Shown: positions 17,488 through 24,881, counted from the first letter of the stretch. The stretch is 25,161 nucleotides of DNA from a virus (IMGVR_UViG_3300033067_001831:1-25161); one strand, 5' to 3'. A program made the numbers and translations. The notes: generated by a model not told the origin, from the sequence alone.

Positions 17488-18860
17488 TCTTCCTCTTTCG
17501 GGTCGCCTGGGTCAGTCTTTGCGTCGCTCGGATCGGTCGCCGGAGTCGTGTCTGTGACTCTGACTAAAGGCTTTTTCTTGATCTCCGGCGTCTTGCTCTC
17601 GTCGTAGGTTTCTGCAAGCATCTTGTAAACAATACGCATAAATTCTTTAGGTTCGATGCCGTCGCGGTCATAGAGTTCGGATAGCATGGGGTATGCGCGT
17701 GAGAACGCAAGCGCAAGCGAGGCGTTATCCCTTTCGGTAATGTCGGGTCCCTCGACCCAGATACTTTTTCCTGCCGGTACGCTCTTGCCTGAGATTTCAA
17801 GCGCGATAGTGGCAAGGTCTACCATCCATTCAAAAAACTCGTCCTGCTGTTCTTCGAGACTGCGGAAGGTGGGCGTCCCTGCGGCTTCGGCGGTGGTGCT
17901 AATGCTACTCTCGCCCTCGGCGTGCCAATGCATTGGATGTCCCGCGCCATCCATGATGTTTTTCTTGATCGCGGTTCCGTCCATACTGGCGTCGAATGAG
18001 TCCAAGTTCGCAGACATGATGCCCCATTGTTCGGAAGGGTCAGTCACTAAGACTGTGCCAGGTGTGGGCGGCTTGCTGTTGAGTTCGGCTTGGCGCGCGC
18101 GCTTCTTTTCGGGGGTAACGTCATTGCCTGACATTTGCACGATATACATAAAGGCATTGCGGAAACGGTTGAGGCGCACGCGATCTTCCAGCCAGGAGGC
18201 GTAACGACCTATCCACGGCAGCATAGGGGATAGGTTGGCTTCTCCCCATGCCGACCCTACGGGGCGGTTGCTGGCAAAATGTACGATGAATTGCGTCCCT
18301 TCGCCTTTGTGCTCGTAGGATGGATACTCTTTCGCCTCGGTGTCTGTGTCCTCTGCGAGTTTGTACCCTAACTCCTGCTCGATGTCGTTAGGCGCGCAGA
18401 TAATTTCCTCGATCAGTTCGGAAGGGATGGCACGCACGTAAAGAGTCTCTGTCTGCCCGATAGAGCAAAGAATAAAGAGATTGCCGGTGCGGGTTTCCTC
18501 GTCTTTCCATCGCTTCGTATTGCTCTTGAGTTTATTGAGTCGGTGACTCCACCATTCTTTGAGGAAAGTTTCCGTGTCGGGGTCGTCGCTCTTGATCGTG
18601 ATACCTTTGCCGAGGACAAAAGAACGGTTGATATTGACGATGCGGCGCGCGGTGGGATTGACACGCCAGGCGCGTAAAGACTCTGCGAATATCTTCTTGC
18701 GGTCCCATTCGTTACGGCTGGATTGATAGGCTCCTGACATGCCGCCTGTGAAAAAGTTGTTGTCGGTTTCAGCGGACGCGCCCAGGGCGATAGAGAGCGC
18801 GTCATTCAGGGCGGCAAGATCGGCTTGCAGGGATTTGATGGTGGGTTTCTTGGTTGGCAT
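17484..18860 (-). CDS. Portal protein
   Basis: NPTARRIVN...FVLGKGITI, GNLFI, WGEANL motifs; between TerL and capsid. Confidence 0.85.
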   Translation of the reverse strand: MPTKKPTIKSLQADLAALNDALSIALGASAETDNNFFTGGMSGAYQSSRNEWDRKKIFAESLRAWRVNPTARRIVNINRSFVLGKGITIKSDDPDTETFLKEWWSHRLNKLKSNTKRWKDEETRTGNLFILCSIGQTETLYVRAIPSELIEEIICAPNDIEQELGYKLAEDTDTEAKEYPSYEHKGEGTQFIVHFASNRPVGSAWGEANLSPMLPWIGRYASWLEDRVRLNRFRNAFMYIVQMSGNDVTPEKKRARQAELNSKPPTPGTVLVTDPSEQWGIMSANLDSFDASMDGTAIKKNIMDGAGHPMHWHAEGESSISTTAEAAGTPTFRSLEEQQDEFFEWMVDLATIALEISGKSVPAGKSIWVEGPDITERDNASLALAFSRAYPMLSELYDRDGIEPKEFMRIVYKMLAETYDESKTPEIKKKPLVRVTDTTPATDPSDAKTDPGDPKEEE

Positions 18861-18959
18861 TTAGAATTTTCCTTGACCTGTGGTCTTAGGTTCTATGGTT
18901 TTCGATGCTAGGTACGACGCTGAGGCACTTTGGTTTTGACCTGCGGTCTTAGGGTTCAT
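18861..18959 (-). CDS. Putative 32-aa peptide MNPKTAGQNQSASASYLASKTIEPKTTGQGKF
   Basis: AAGGAG SD, ATGA overlap with the upstream stop, TAA directly abutting the portal ATG. Confidence 0.45.
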   Translation of the reverse strand: MNPKTAGQNQSASASYLASKTIEPKTTGQGKF

Positions 18960-19438
18960 GGCAAAACTCCTTGATAGTACGTCCTTCTACCTAGTATGAT
19001 TTCTCCTCCAACTGTATATATTTTGTTGTCGAAGATGAATTTAGTAAATTCTGCAAATGCTGGCGTGACAATTCTTTCTATTTCATTTCCCCAACCTTCA
19101 AAGCCCGCCGCGCCTGGGTCGGGGGCTAATGGGTTTTGTACCAACCATTGAATTTGAGAATTAGATAAGCCAAAACTAAAGGGACGCAACCATACGGCGG
19201 CTTGATTTGCTTGTTCTTCTTGGTAGTTTTGGTATGCGTTTACCCAATCATTCAAACCTGCGACTCCTGGGTTGAACGGGTACTTAGGGTTCGTAAAATC
19301 ACCAACGGCAAACCAATTAGGGAGCCAATCAAAAATCGGATATGAGAAGTCTTTGCTATTGACCTTGATAAACTCCCGCCCTTGCGCGTTTGGCTGGCGT
19401 AGTTTGATCGTGCGCTTGAGTCCGGCTTTAGATGGCAT
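18956..19438 (-). CDS. Hypothetical protein, AT-rich insertion between TerL and portal
   Basis: 160-aa ORF starting 1 nt after the TerL stop; visibly lower GC. Confidence 0.65.
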   Translation of the reverse strand: MPSKAGLKRTIKLRQPNAQGREFIKVNSKDFSYPIFDWLPNWFAVGDFTNPKYPFNPGVAGLNDWVNAYQNYQEEQANQAAVWLRPFSFGLSNSQIQWLVQNPLAPDPGAAGFEGWGNEIERIVTPAFAEFTKFIFDNKIYTVGGEIILGRRTYYQGVLP

Positions 19439-19439
19439 A

Positions 19440-20951
19440 TTAGTAATTCCTGTCCATGTCCGCGAGCGGGTCGCGGGCTTCGGTCTGCAAGGTGGGGGAG
19501 GATAGCGCCCATGCTAAGGTGTCGAGCACGGCACTCATGGCGTCTGCGAGAATGTAATCATCATGGATCAGCAAGCCGTCTGCTCCGCGTGTGCCGTCTG
19601 CTCCGCGTGTGCCGTCTTTCACGCCCCAGCGCATTGTCTTTGCTGGACCTGGTAATATCTCGCTCTGGCATTTGTCGTATTGCTGGCGTACTTCCTCGGT
19701 GGGGCAACAATCGCGGAAACGTCCAGTCTCGATGATGGCAAGGTACGCCCATCCCATTTCTGATTTCGTCTGCTGTGTGAATTTCACAGGCAAGACGCGC
19801 GCGCCGTACTTCTTGGCGAGCATCGCCCAGAGTCCTTCGCCTACGCCGGTTGCATCAATGACGATATAGAGCGGGTTCCAGAGGTCGATGATCTGGCAGA
19901 ACTTCCCGTAGGCGGTGACGTGAGATTGTCCCTGCCATGAGTCACGCTTGACGGCGCGATAGATTGGGGCTTGCAGGGTTTGGAGTTCGGACAAGTCCAC
20001 GTCACAGATCGTATATGCCGTTGAGTCGCGTCCTGGGTTGCCCATTCCGTCGAGGTTGAGCAAAGCCTCATCCATTCCGGCTACGTCGATTTGTAGGCTG
20101 TAAATACGCCCTGGGATGGGTTCGGATTGCGCGGGCTGGTCGCCCAACATCAAGGCGCGGCGGGCGGTGTTGAACATGCCGGCTTGCGCGTCGATCCGCT
20201 CGCAGAAGTATTGCGTCTTTATAAGTGGGTGCTGGCGTCCGTGTTTGGCGATTTCAGCATCCACGTAAGAGCCATAGGCGGGGTTGAGTTTACGGACAAC
20301 ATCGGCATTGTAGATAAACACGCGCCGGATGCCGTCCTGCTGTTCCTGTGCGCGGGCGGCGTCTTCCTCGCGTGCGAGCAGGGTATCACTGGTCCATGTG
20401 GTGCCGAGGAAAAGTTTAGTTGCGTTGTTATACGCGCCCATCGGGGAAACATCCTTATCGAATTTCGCGGCGTCGATGTCCTGGCTTTCGTTCGCAACAA
20501 GTAGGTGCGTGGCGGTAAAGCTGACGATCTTTGAGCCTTTATCGGTCGAGATGTACGATACGATAGCTTTGCCGAGTTTACGGATGTACGCTCCGCGCTT
20601 CTTCCATTCGCGGGTGGTCAGATTGGCATCTAACCGGCTTTCGAGACGCATGATGCTGTTCTCGGTCTGCGGTTTGTAGGTCGGATTGGCTACGATCATT
20701 TTCGCCTCGATGTGACTGAGCAAGCGCAAAAGATACGCCAGCAGATTGGCAAGCATTTCATCTTTTCCAGATTGCCGAGAGATAATCACAACGAATGTCA
20801 ATCCTTTTTTCTTTAGAACAGAGTCGATGATCGCCTGTCCTGGTTCGAGTTGGTACTTCCATAATTTGATACTGCCGCCTCTGAAACAAAAGTTCTCAAA
20901 GCTCCGTAGAATGGCGGCGATGGTTTCGGTCAGTGTGCTCATGCACAGCAT
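19440..20951 (-). CDS. terL: Terminase large subunit
   Basis: Walker A ISRQSGKD, Walker B LLVANE, IDVAG and IDATGVG nuclease motifs, HDD. Confidence 0.9.
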   Translation of the reverse strand: MLCMSTLTETIAAILRSFENFCFRGGSIKLWKYQLEPGQAIIDSVLKKKGLTFVVIISRQSGKDEMLANLLAYLLRLLSHIEAKMIVANPTYKPQTENSIMRLESRLDANLTTREWKKRGAYIRKLGKAIVSYISTDKGSKIVSFTATHLLVANESQDIDAAKFDKDVSPMGAYNNATKLFLGTTWTSDTLLAREEDAARAQEQQDGIRRVFIYNADVVRKLNPAYGSYVDAEIAKHGRQHPLIKTQYFCERIDAQAGMFNTARRALMLGDQPAQSEPIPGRIYSLQIDVAGMDEALLNLDGMGNPGRDSTAYTICDVDLSELQTLQAPIYRAVKRDSWQGQSHVTAYGKFCQIIDLWNPLYIVIDATGVGEGLWAMLAKKYGARVLPVKFTQQTKSEMGWAYLAIIETGRFRDCCPTEEVRQQYDKCQSEILPGPAKTMRWGVKDGTRGADGTRGADGLLIHDDYILADAMSAVLDTLAWALSSPTLQTEARDPLADMDRNY

Positions 20952-20958
20952 TCCTTTG

Positions 20959-21366
20959 TCATATTCCTAGATCGAGCCTCACCAGTTCGAGGGCTTCCAG
21001 TAGGGATTTCTGTATGCCTTCGTTCTTGCCTCTGATCAGATATTCCGTCCGCGCCAGTGTTCCCACGGATTGCGTCATGGCTGTTAGTGTGTTCAGTTGT
21101 TGCAGGTAATGCACGTCGCGGATATTGTTACCGTTGGCGTCCGCGTTCGTTTTCTCGCTAAAATCCAGTTCTTGCATGAGTCTGTCAATGCAGATCCGCA
21201 GTAGCGTTATTTCTGCCAGTAGATCGGTCGCGCCCTGGCTGTCGAGCCGTTTGTTTTCGGCGGCTGTGAATTTATCCGCGTAAAAGCCATGTTTGAGAGC
21301 GTTCTTGTTATTCGGCTGCGCTCCCTGCTTGCGCTTGGGCTTGCTTTTTGGTTTGGCTTTCGGCAT
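20959..21366 (-). CDS. terS: Terminase small subunit
   Basis: GAQPNNKNALKHGFY motif; directly upstream of TerL. Confidence 0.75.
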   Translation of the reverse strand: MPKAKPKSKPKRKQGAQPNNKNALKHGFYADKFTAAENKRLDSQGATDLLAEITLLRICIDRLMQELDFSEKTNADANGNNIRDVHYLQQLNTLTAMTQSVGTLARTEYLIRGKNEGIQKSLLEALELVRLDLGI

Positions 21367-21367
21367 G

Positions 21368-21604
21368 TCATATCGTCAGAACGGTGCGAATGAGTGTGAT
21401 AATTGAGATCAATCCTCCGCCAGTGGCGAGGGCATAGAGTACATTACTGCGCGTTGAGATGGTTTCCACGGCACGGATGCGGTTTTCGTGGTCGTCCTGC
21501 CGATCTTCGATCTTCTTGAGTCGCAGGTCGGTAAGTTCGGCATGGTATTTATTGCGCTCGGCGGTGACTTGCTTTAGCTGTTCGCGTAGCTCGGCTTCCG
21601 TCAT
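21368..21604 (-). CDS. XhlA/holin-like protein (coiled coil plus C-terminal TM)
   Basis: DDHENRIRAVE followed by a hydrophobic segment. Confidence 0.6.
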   Translation of the reverse strand: MTEAELREQLKQVTAERNKYHAELTDLRLKKIEDRQDDHENRIRAVETISTRSNVLYALATGGGLISIITLIRTVLTI

Positions 21605-21924
21605 TTGGCTTCCAATGCTGCGGCAATACGTTCGAGCACGTCCAGCAGGCGCGCGTCCTGCTCGGCTTCAAGGTCGATCACGTCGCAATAAACCATAGCC
21701 TCGTCGCGTTCGGCAATGCGGATATATTCAGGTTTGTTGGGGAATTGGGGGGCAAGTCGGGCGTAAGGTACGCCGTGGATGTAATGGATGGAGTAAGTGT
21801 CTAGAGTCGTGCCATTGGGAACGATGCGGCGGGTGAGCGCTCCGTCCGTGGTGGAGGCGGGGCGGTCGAGAATTTTCATCCCGTTCTTGACTTTGACGAT
21901 AACGATGTGCTTGACTAACTCCAT
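21601..21924 (-). CDS. Hypothetical protein, possibly SH3-like; first late gene
   Basis: SD GGAG; ATGA coupling; GMKILDRP...VPNG...YARL pattern. Confidence 0.6.
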   Translation of the reverse strand: MELVKHIVIVKVKNGMKILDRPASTTDGALTRRIVPNGTTLDTYSIHYIHGVPYARLAPQFPNKPEYIRIAERDEAMVYCDVIDLEAEQDARLLDVLERIAAALEAK

Positions 21925-21938
21925 GATATTCTCCAGAA

Positions 21939-22013
21939 TAGACGAGGAAGGCTCCGCGTATCTTTGGCGATAAACGCGAAACGAGGAAAGCTATTGAAAG
22001 CCTTCCTCGTCTA
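21939..22013 (-). promoter_or_regulatory. Late-operon 5' leader with mutually exclusive pairings (attenuator-like)
   Basis: 15-bp IR 21939-21953/21999-22013 plus a third near-copy at 21981-21992. Confidence 0.6.
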
Positions 22014-22019
22014 AGGAAA

Positions 22020-22048
22020 ATCTTAAAGGTAAATTCTGTTATTGTCAA
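22020..22048 (-). promoter_or_regulatory. Late promoter
   Basis: TTGACA-17-TAAGAT. Confidence 0.75.
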
Positions 22049-22258
22049 TATGTCATATGGGGCAACTAGGTTTTTGTAATGTTTTGAAGGGGGACTGTCC
22101 CAGGCGTGACCGGTTGTATTATGCGCCTCTGCGCCGTGGGGGTCGGCGCGTTTGGGGATCTGCGTTCGGCTGGCGAGCAGGACACAGCACACAGGATGCC
22201 AACAGACGAGAAGGCGGGGAGGGTGCCGGGAACCGCGCGCGGTGCCTTGCCAAAACGA

Positions 22259-22354
22259 AACACGCGCGGCAGGCTGATCGCCGCGCGTGTTGAGCGTGCC
22301 GGCTTGCGTATTTCCGCGAGCAGGCACGAAACCGCCCGCATTTCTGCGGGCGGT
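22259..22354. repeat. Three back-to-back hairpins; the last is terminator-like for the early operon
   Basis: AACACGCGCGGC..GCCGCGCGTGTT; CGTGCC..GCTTGCG..CGCGAGC.GGCACG; ACCGCCCGCA-TTTC-TGCGGGCGGT. Confidence 0.65.
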
Positions 22355-22375
22355 AGTTCGGCGGCGTGTGCGTCC

Positions 22376-22500
22376 GCTGAACGTTTGCTTTACCTGCGGG
22401 GCGCTTACGCGGAACCCGTGTCTAAAGCGTTCTGAATCATTTCGCGGACTTCTTCTTTTTGCAAGGGCGTAAGCCCCGTCAGGTGCAAGCCTTGTTCGGC
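22376..22500 (-). mobile_element. attC: Integron attC site 4
   Basis: GCCGAAC-AAGGC-TTGCACCTGACGGGG...CCCCGCAGGTAAA-GCAAAC-GTTCAGC. Confidence 0.85.
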
Positions 22501-22620
22501 GTCTGGCTCATTTTCGAGCATTACACCGATTTCATACCACAAGGTTTGCTTGATTACTTCTCTGCCTGTGCGATACCATTCGCGGCAGTAATACAAAACT
22601 TTTTCTTCCTGCTCACTCAT
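22405..22620 (-). CDS. Cassette C hypothetical protein
   Basis: SD GGAG; lies in cassette 22382..22643; stop inside attC4. Confidence 0.7.
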   Translation of the reverse strand: MSEQEEKVLYYCREWYRTGREVIKQTLWYEIGVMLENEPDAEQGLHLTGLTPLQKEEVREMIQNALDTGSA

Positions 22621-22637
22621 TTTGTTTTCTCCGTGAC

Positions 22638-22763
22638 GCCGAACGGCAAGCGTTACCCGCCGCCGATTGTAGCGGGCGACACTTCCGCCTGAATGTTACC
22701 AGGCAGGGGATTGACAGGACGCATACCTACGCCAAAGGCGGTCAGGTACACGCTTTGTTGGAA
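22638..22763 (-). mobile_element. attC: Integron attC site 3
   Basis: TTCCAAC-AAAGC-GTGTACCTGACCGCC...GGCGGCGGGTAAC-GCTTGCC-GTTCGGC. Confidence 0.85.
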
Positions 22764-23330
22764 AGCCAGAGAACCCCACTGTTGCGCCATTGCCTGAGCG
22801 ATGCCAGCAAATGTTTTGCTTCTTTCGCGCCACCTATCAGGCGAGGGCGGTAACTTATGAAGTCTCTGTTCTCTCCCTTCAACAATATTTGTCGGTTGTA
22901 AAAGTGGCAAGTTTTTCAGCCATAAACAAGTGGCTTTAGTTTCGCCATGCCCGAATTGCCAGGGCTGGATTATCTGCGAATATTTCACGCCGATAATTTC
23001 GCGTGCGTATTTGTGCATGATTGGATTTTCAATGGCGATATGTTCAATCGGCGCATGTAAAAGCATTTTGAAAAACTCTGCACCTTCGCGCATATCGTCC
23101 CAAAGATTACGCTTTTCAAGCCAACACACGCCAGAATTACAAAGGCGCGTACACGGCGGATGCGCTACCATCAAATCCCAATTCTCTGAAAGCATGTCAC
23201 GCACGTCGCCTTGATAGTGATTACCAGGGATTTCAGTAGGCAATAAATCACATGACCAGGCTTCATGCCCTAACGCTTCAAACTCTTTGCGGACTGCGCC
23301 GCTAAATTCGCAGGCTATCAAGACTCTCAT
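22653..23330 (-). CDS. Cassette B: short C5-cytosine DNA methyltransferase-like protein
   Basis: MRVLIACEFSG, SCD, WDLMVAHPPC (motif IV), IAIENP (motif VI); lies in cassette 22644..23344. Confidence 0.8.
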   Translation of the reverse strand: MRVLIACEFSGAVRKEFEALGHEAWSCDLLPTEIPGNHYQGDVRDMLSENWDLMVAHPPCTRLCNSGVCWLEKRNLWDDMREGAEFFKMLLHAPIEHIAIENPIMHKYAREIIGVKYSQIIQPWQFGHGETKATCLWLKNLPLLQPTNIVEGREQRLHKLPPSPDRWRERSKTFAGIAQAMAQQWGSLAFQQSVYLTAFGVGMRPVNPLPGNIQAEVSPATIGGG

Positions 23331-23338
23331 GCTCGGCT

Positions 23339-23431
23339 TTCCAACGGCGAGCATTACCTGCGCCGCGATTTTATAAGACTACTCAGTTTCAGCCGCAGAC
23401 TTAGCGGCGTCAGGTGCATGCAATGTTGGGC
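23339..23431 (-). mobile_element. attC: Integron attC site 2
   Basis: GCCCAAC-ATTGC-ATGCACCTGACGCCGC...GCGGCGCAGGTAAT-GCTCGCC-GTTGGAA. Confidence 0.88.
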
Positions 23432-23705
23432 GCGTTGATGGTTTCAAATAAACATTACCGCCAAACATTGCATTTACACGCTCAATACCCCAACCCTTCG
23501 GAATCGGAAATGACTGTTGCCATACCCATTCGTCACATTCTTCATTCGCGCCAAGAACAAAGATAGTATTATCTTCTTCAAGGCTTGTGCAAATTTCTGG
23601 AAAGTACCCGATGTCAAAATCTCCTTCTGCCTGAATGTCATCAAAGAACTTACCAAAATCATCTTCGTTGTAGTCGCCGTCTGACGGCTCATAATACGTT
23701 GCCAT
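23379..23705 (-). CDS. Cassette A: acidic hypothetical protein (108 aa, MATYYEPSDG)
   Basis: SD AAAGGAG before ATG 23705; lies in cassette 23345..23736. Confidence 0.75.
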   Translation of the reverse strand: MATYYEPSDGDYNEDDFGKFFDDIQAEGDFDIGYFPEICTSLEEDNTIFVLGANEECDEWVWQQSFPIPKGWGIERVNAMFGGNVYLKPSTRPTLHAPDAAKSAAETE

Positions 23706-23730
23706 ACTTTTCTCCTTTGCGCCACGAAGC

Positions 23731-23822
23731 GCCCAACGGCAAGCGTTAGTTGCCCGCCGAATTATTAGAATCACCACTGCCCACCAGAGCCGAAGGCGGG
23801 TCAACTGCACGCAATGTTCGGC
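23731..23822 (-). mobile_element. attC: Integron attC site 1 (phage-resident)
   Basis: GCCGAAC-ATTGC-GTGCAGTTGACCCGCC...GGCGGGCAACTAAC-GCTTGCC-GTTGGGC. Confidence 0.88.
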
Positions 23823-24018
23823 GGCGCTCAAGCCAGGCATCGCGCATTGCTCGTGCGGCTTCAAGGTCATCGGCAATTGTGGAATACAAGATGCCATCTG
23901 TGTGACGGTAATCATATTGCACACGGATAGGATGACCCTTTTTATTGCGATCTTCAAACTCAACATATTGCTCCCCGCCAATGGGGCAGATTGAAACTGT
24001 AGGCAAATGATTATTCAT
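23746..24018 (-). CDS. Hypothetical protein ending inside attC1
   Basis: SD AAGGAG; VQYDYRHTDG.LYS motif. Confidence 0.75.
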   Translation of the reverse strand: MNNHLPTVSICPIGGEQYVEFEDRNKKGHPIRVQYDYRHTDGILYSTIADDLEAARAMRDAWLERRRTLRAVDPPSALVGSGDSNNSAGN

Positions 24019-24036
24019 TGAAACTCCTTATATTTC

Positions 24037-24276
24037 TCATAATTCAAGATCGGGGGTTTTGATGTACCTTTTCCGCTTTGGTTTGATAACGACATCGGGC
24101 AGGACGTTCTTTACTGCCTTCTCGATTGCGATTTTTACCGCGTCGGTCTTGCTCATTTTATATACAGCATTTTCATTAAGTTTGTCAACCAACGCCATTA
24201 TTAAAATTTCGTAGTCTGATAGATCGGGGCGGGACTTCCGGCGACGGTGGCAGCCGTCGCCGGTTTTCTGTCTCAT
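24037..24276 (-). CDS. Small RHH-like DNA-binding protein
   Basis: MSKTDAVKIAIEKA helix; ATGA coupling. Confidence 0.55.
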   Translation of the reverse strand: MRQKTGDGCHRRRKSRPDLSDYEILIMALVDKLNENAVYKMSKTDAVKIAIEKAVKNVLPDVVIKPKRKRYIKTPDLEL

Positions 24277-24707
24277 GCCTTTCCTGTAACCTTGCGAGGC
24301 TGTGCCGTCTTTCCGTCTTCCTGCGGCGGGTTCATCAGTACGCGCGCGCGGATCGGCTCGATTTCGTTCGGTCCAGGCTTGAGCGTGGCGGGGTCAATGC
24401 CGAGGTTGGGAAACACTTCATCCCAGATGCGTACTCCGTGTTTTGTGTACGGTGCGCCTTTGGCTTTGTAGGCGGGTTTGCCTGCGTCGTCGTAGGTCAT
24501 AACGATGGAGTCAATGATCATTTCTCCGAATGTGCCGACGGCGGGCGGGGTGGCTGCGGTCTGCAAGCCTCCGCGCATGGCGTGGAGTTCGCTTTTCACT
24601 TCGAGCATTTCAGTGGCGAGTTCGTCGAAACGATTTTCCATCTGAGTGAATAGTTCGCGGATTTCGGCGGCGGTGATGCGGTCGGGTGCGGGGGTTGGGG
24701 TGGTCAT
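24273..24707 (-). CDS. Hypothetical protein (N-terminal coiled coil)
   Basis: 144-aa ORF packed in the operon. Confidence 0.7.
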   Translation of the reverse strand: MTTPTPAPDRITAAEIRELFTQMENRFDELATEMLEVKSELHAMRGGLQTAATPPAVGTFGEMIIDSIVMTYDDAGKPAYKAKGAPYTKHGVRIWDEVFPNLGIDPATLKPGPNEIEPIRARVLMNPPQEDGKTAQPRKVTGKA

Positions 24708-24711
24708 TGGG

Positions 24712-24876
24712 TTAGTTTCCTATGGTGATTTTACTGGAGTCGATTTCTTTACCATCCCAAAGCAGGGTGATAATAATAATCGGCTGGTTGGTGTGTACGT
24801 GGGTGTCGGTGTCAATGTCAATGCGTAGGTTTTTCTTGATTTCTTCGGCAAGTTCTTTCTTTTGTTCGGGGGTCAT
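24712..24876 (-). CDS. Small hypothetical protein (54 aa, MTPEQKKELAEEIKK), not in the ORF track
   Basis: SD GGAG; fills the gap between neighbours. Confidence 0.65.
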   Translation of the reverse strand: MTPEQKKELAEEIKKNLRIDIDTDTHVHTNQPIIIITLLWDGKEIDSSKITIGN

Positions 24877-24881
24877 GGGGT

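Noticed and set aside
21728-22472. ORFs spanning the late promoter and hairpin region
   Set aside because: R/A/G-rich shadow frames over GC hairpins with no translation signals
22376-23822. Cassettes inverted relative to attC, with shuffling swapping protein C-termini
   Set aside because: Spacer lengths and the unpaired-base arm match the canonical top strand on the minus strand, so the genes are co-oriented and end in their own attC
22376-23822. CRISPR array or simple terminators
   Set aside because: Units are 92-126 bp, divergent, separated by whole genes and lack U-tracts; no cas genes
23706-23981. 200-aa version of ORF 23379..23981
   Set aside because: The extension overlaps the 23746..24018 gene and crosses attC1; a strong SD supports the start at 23705
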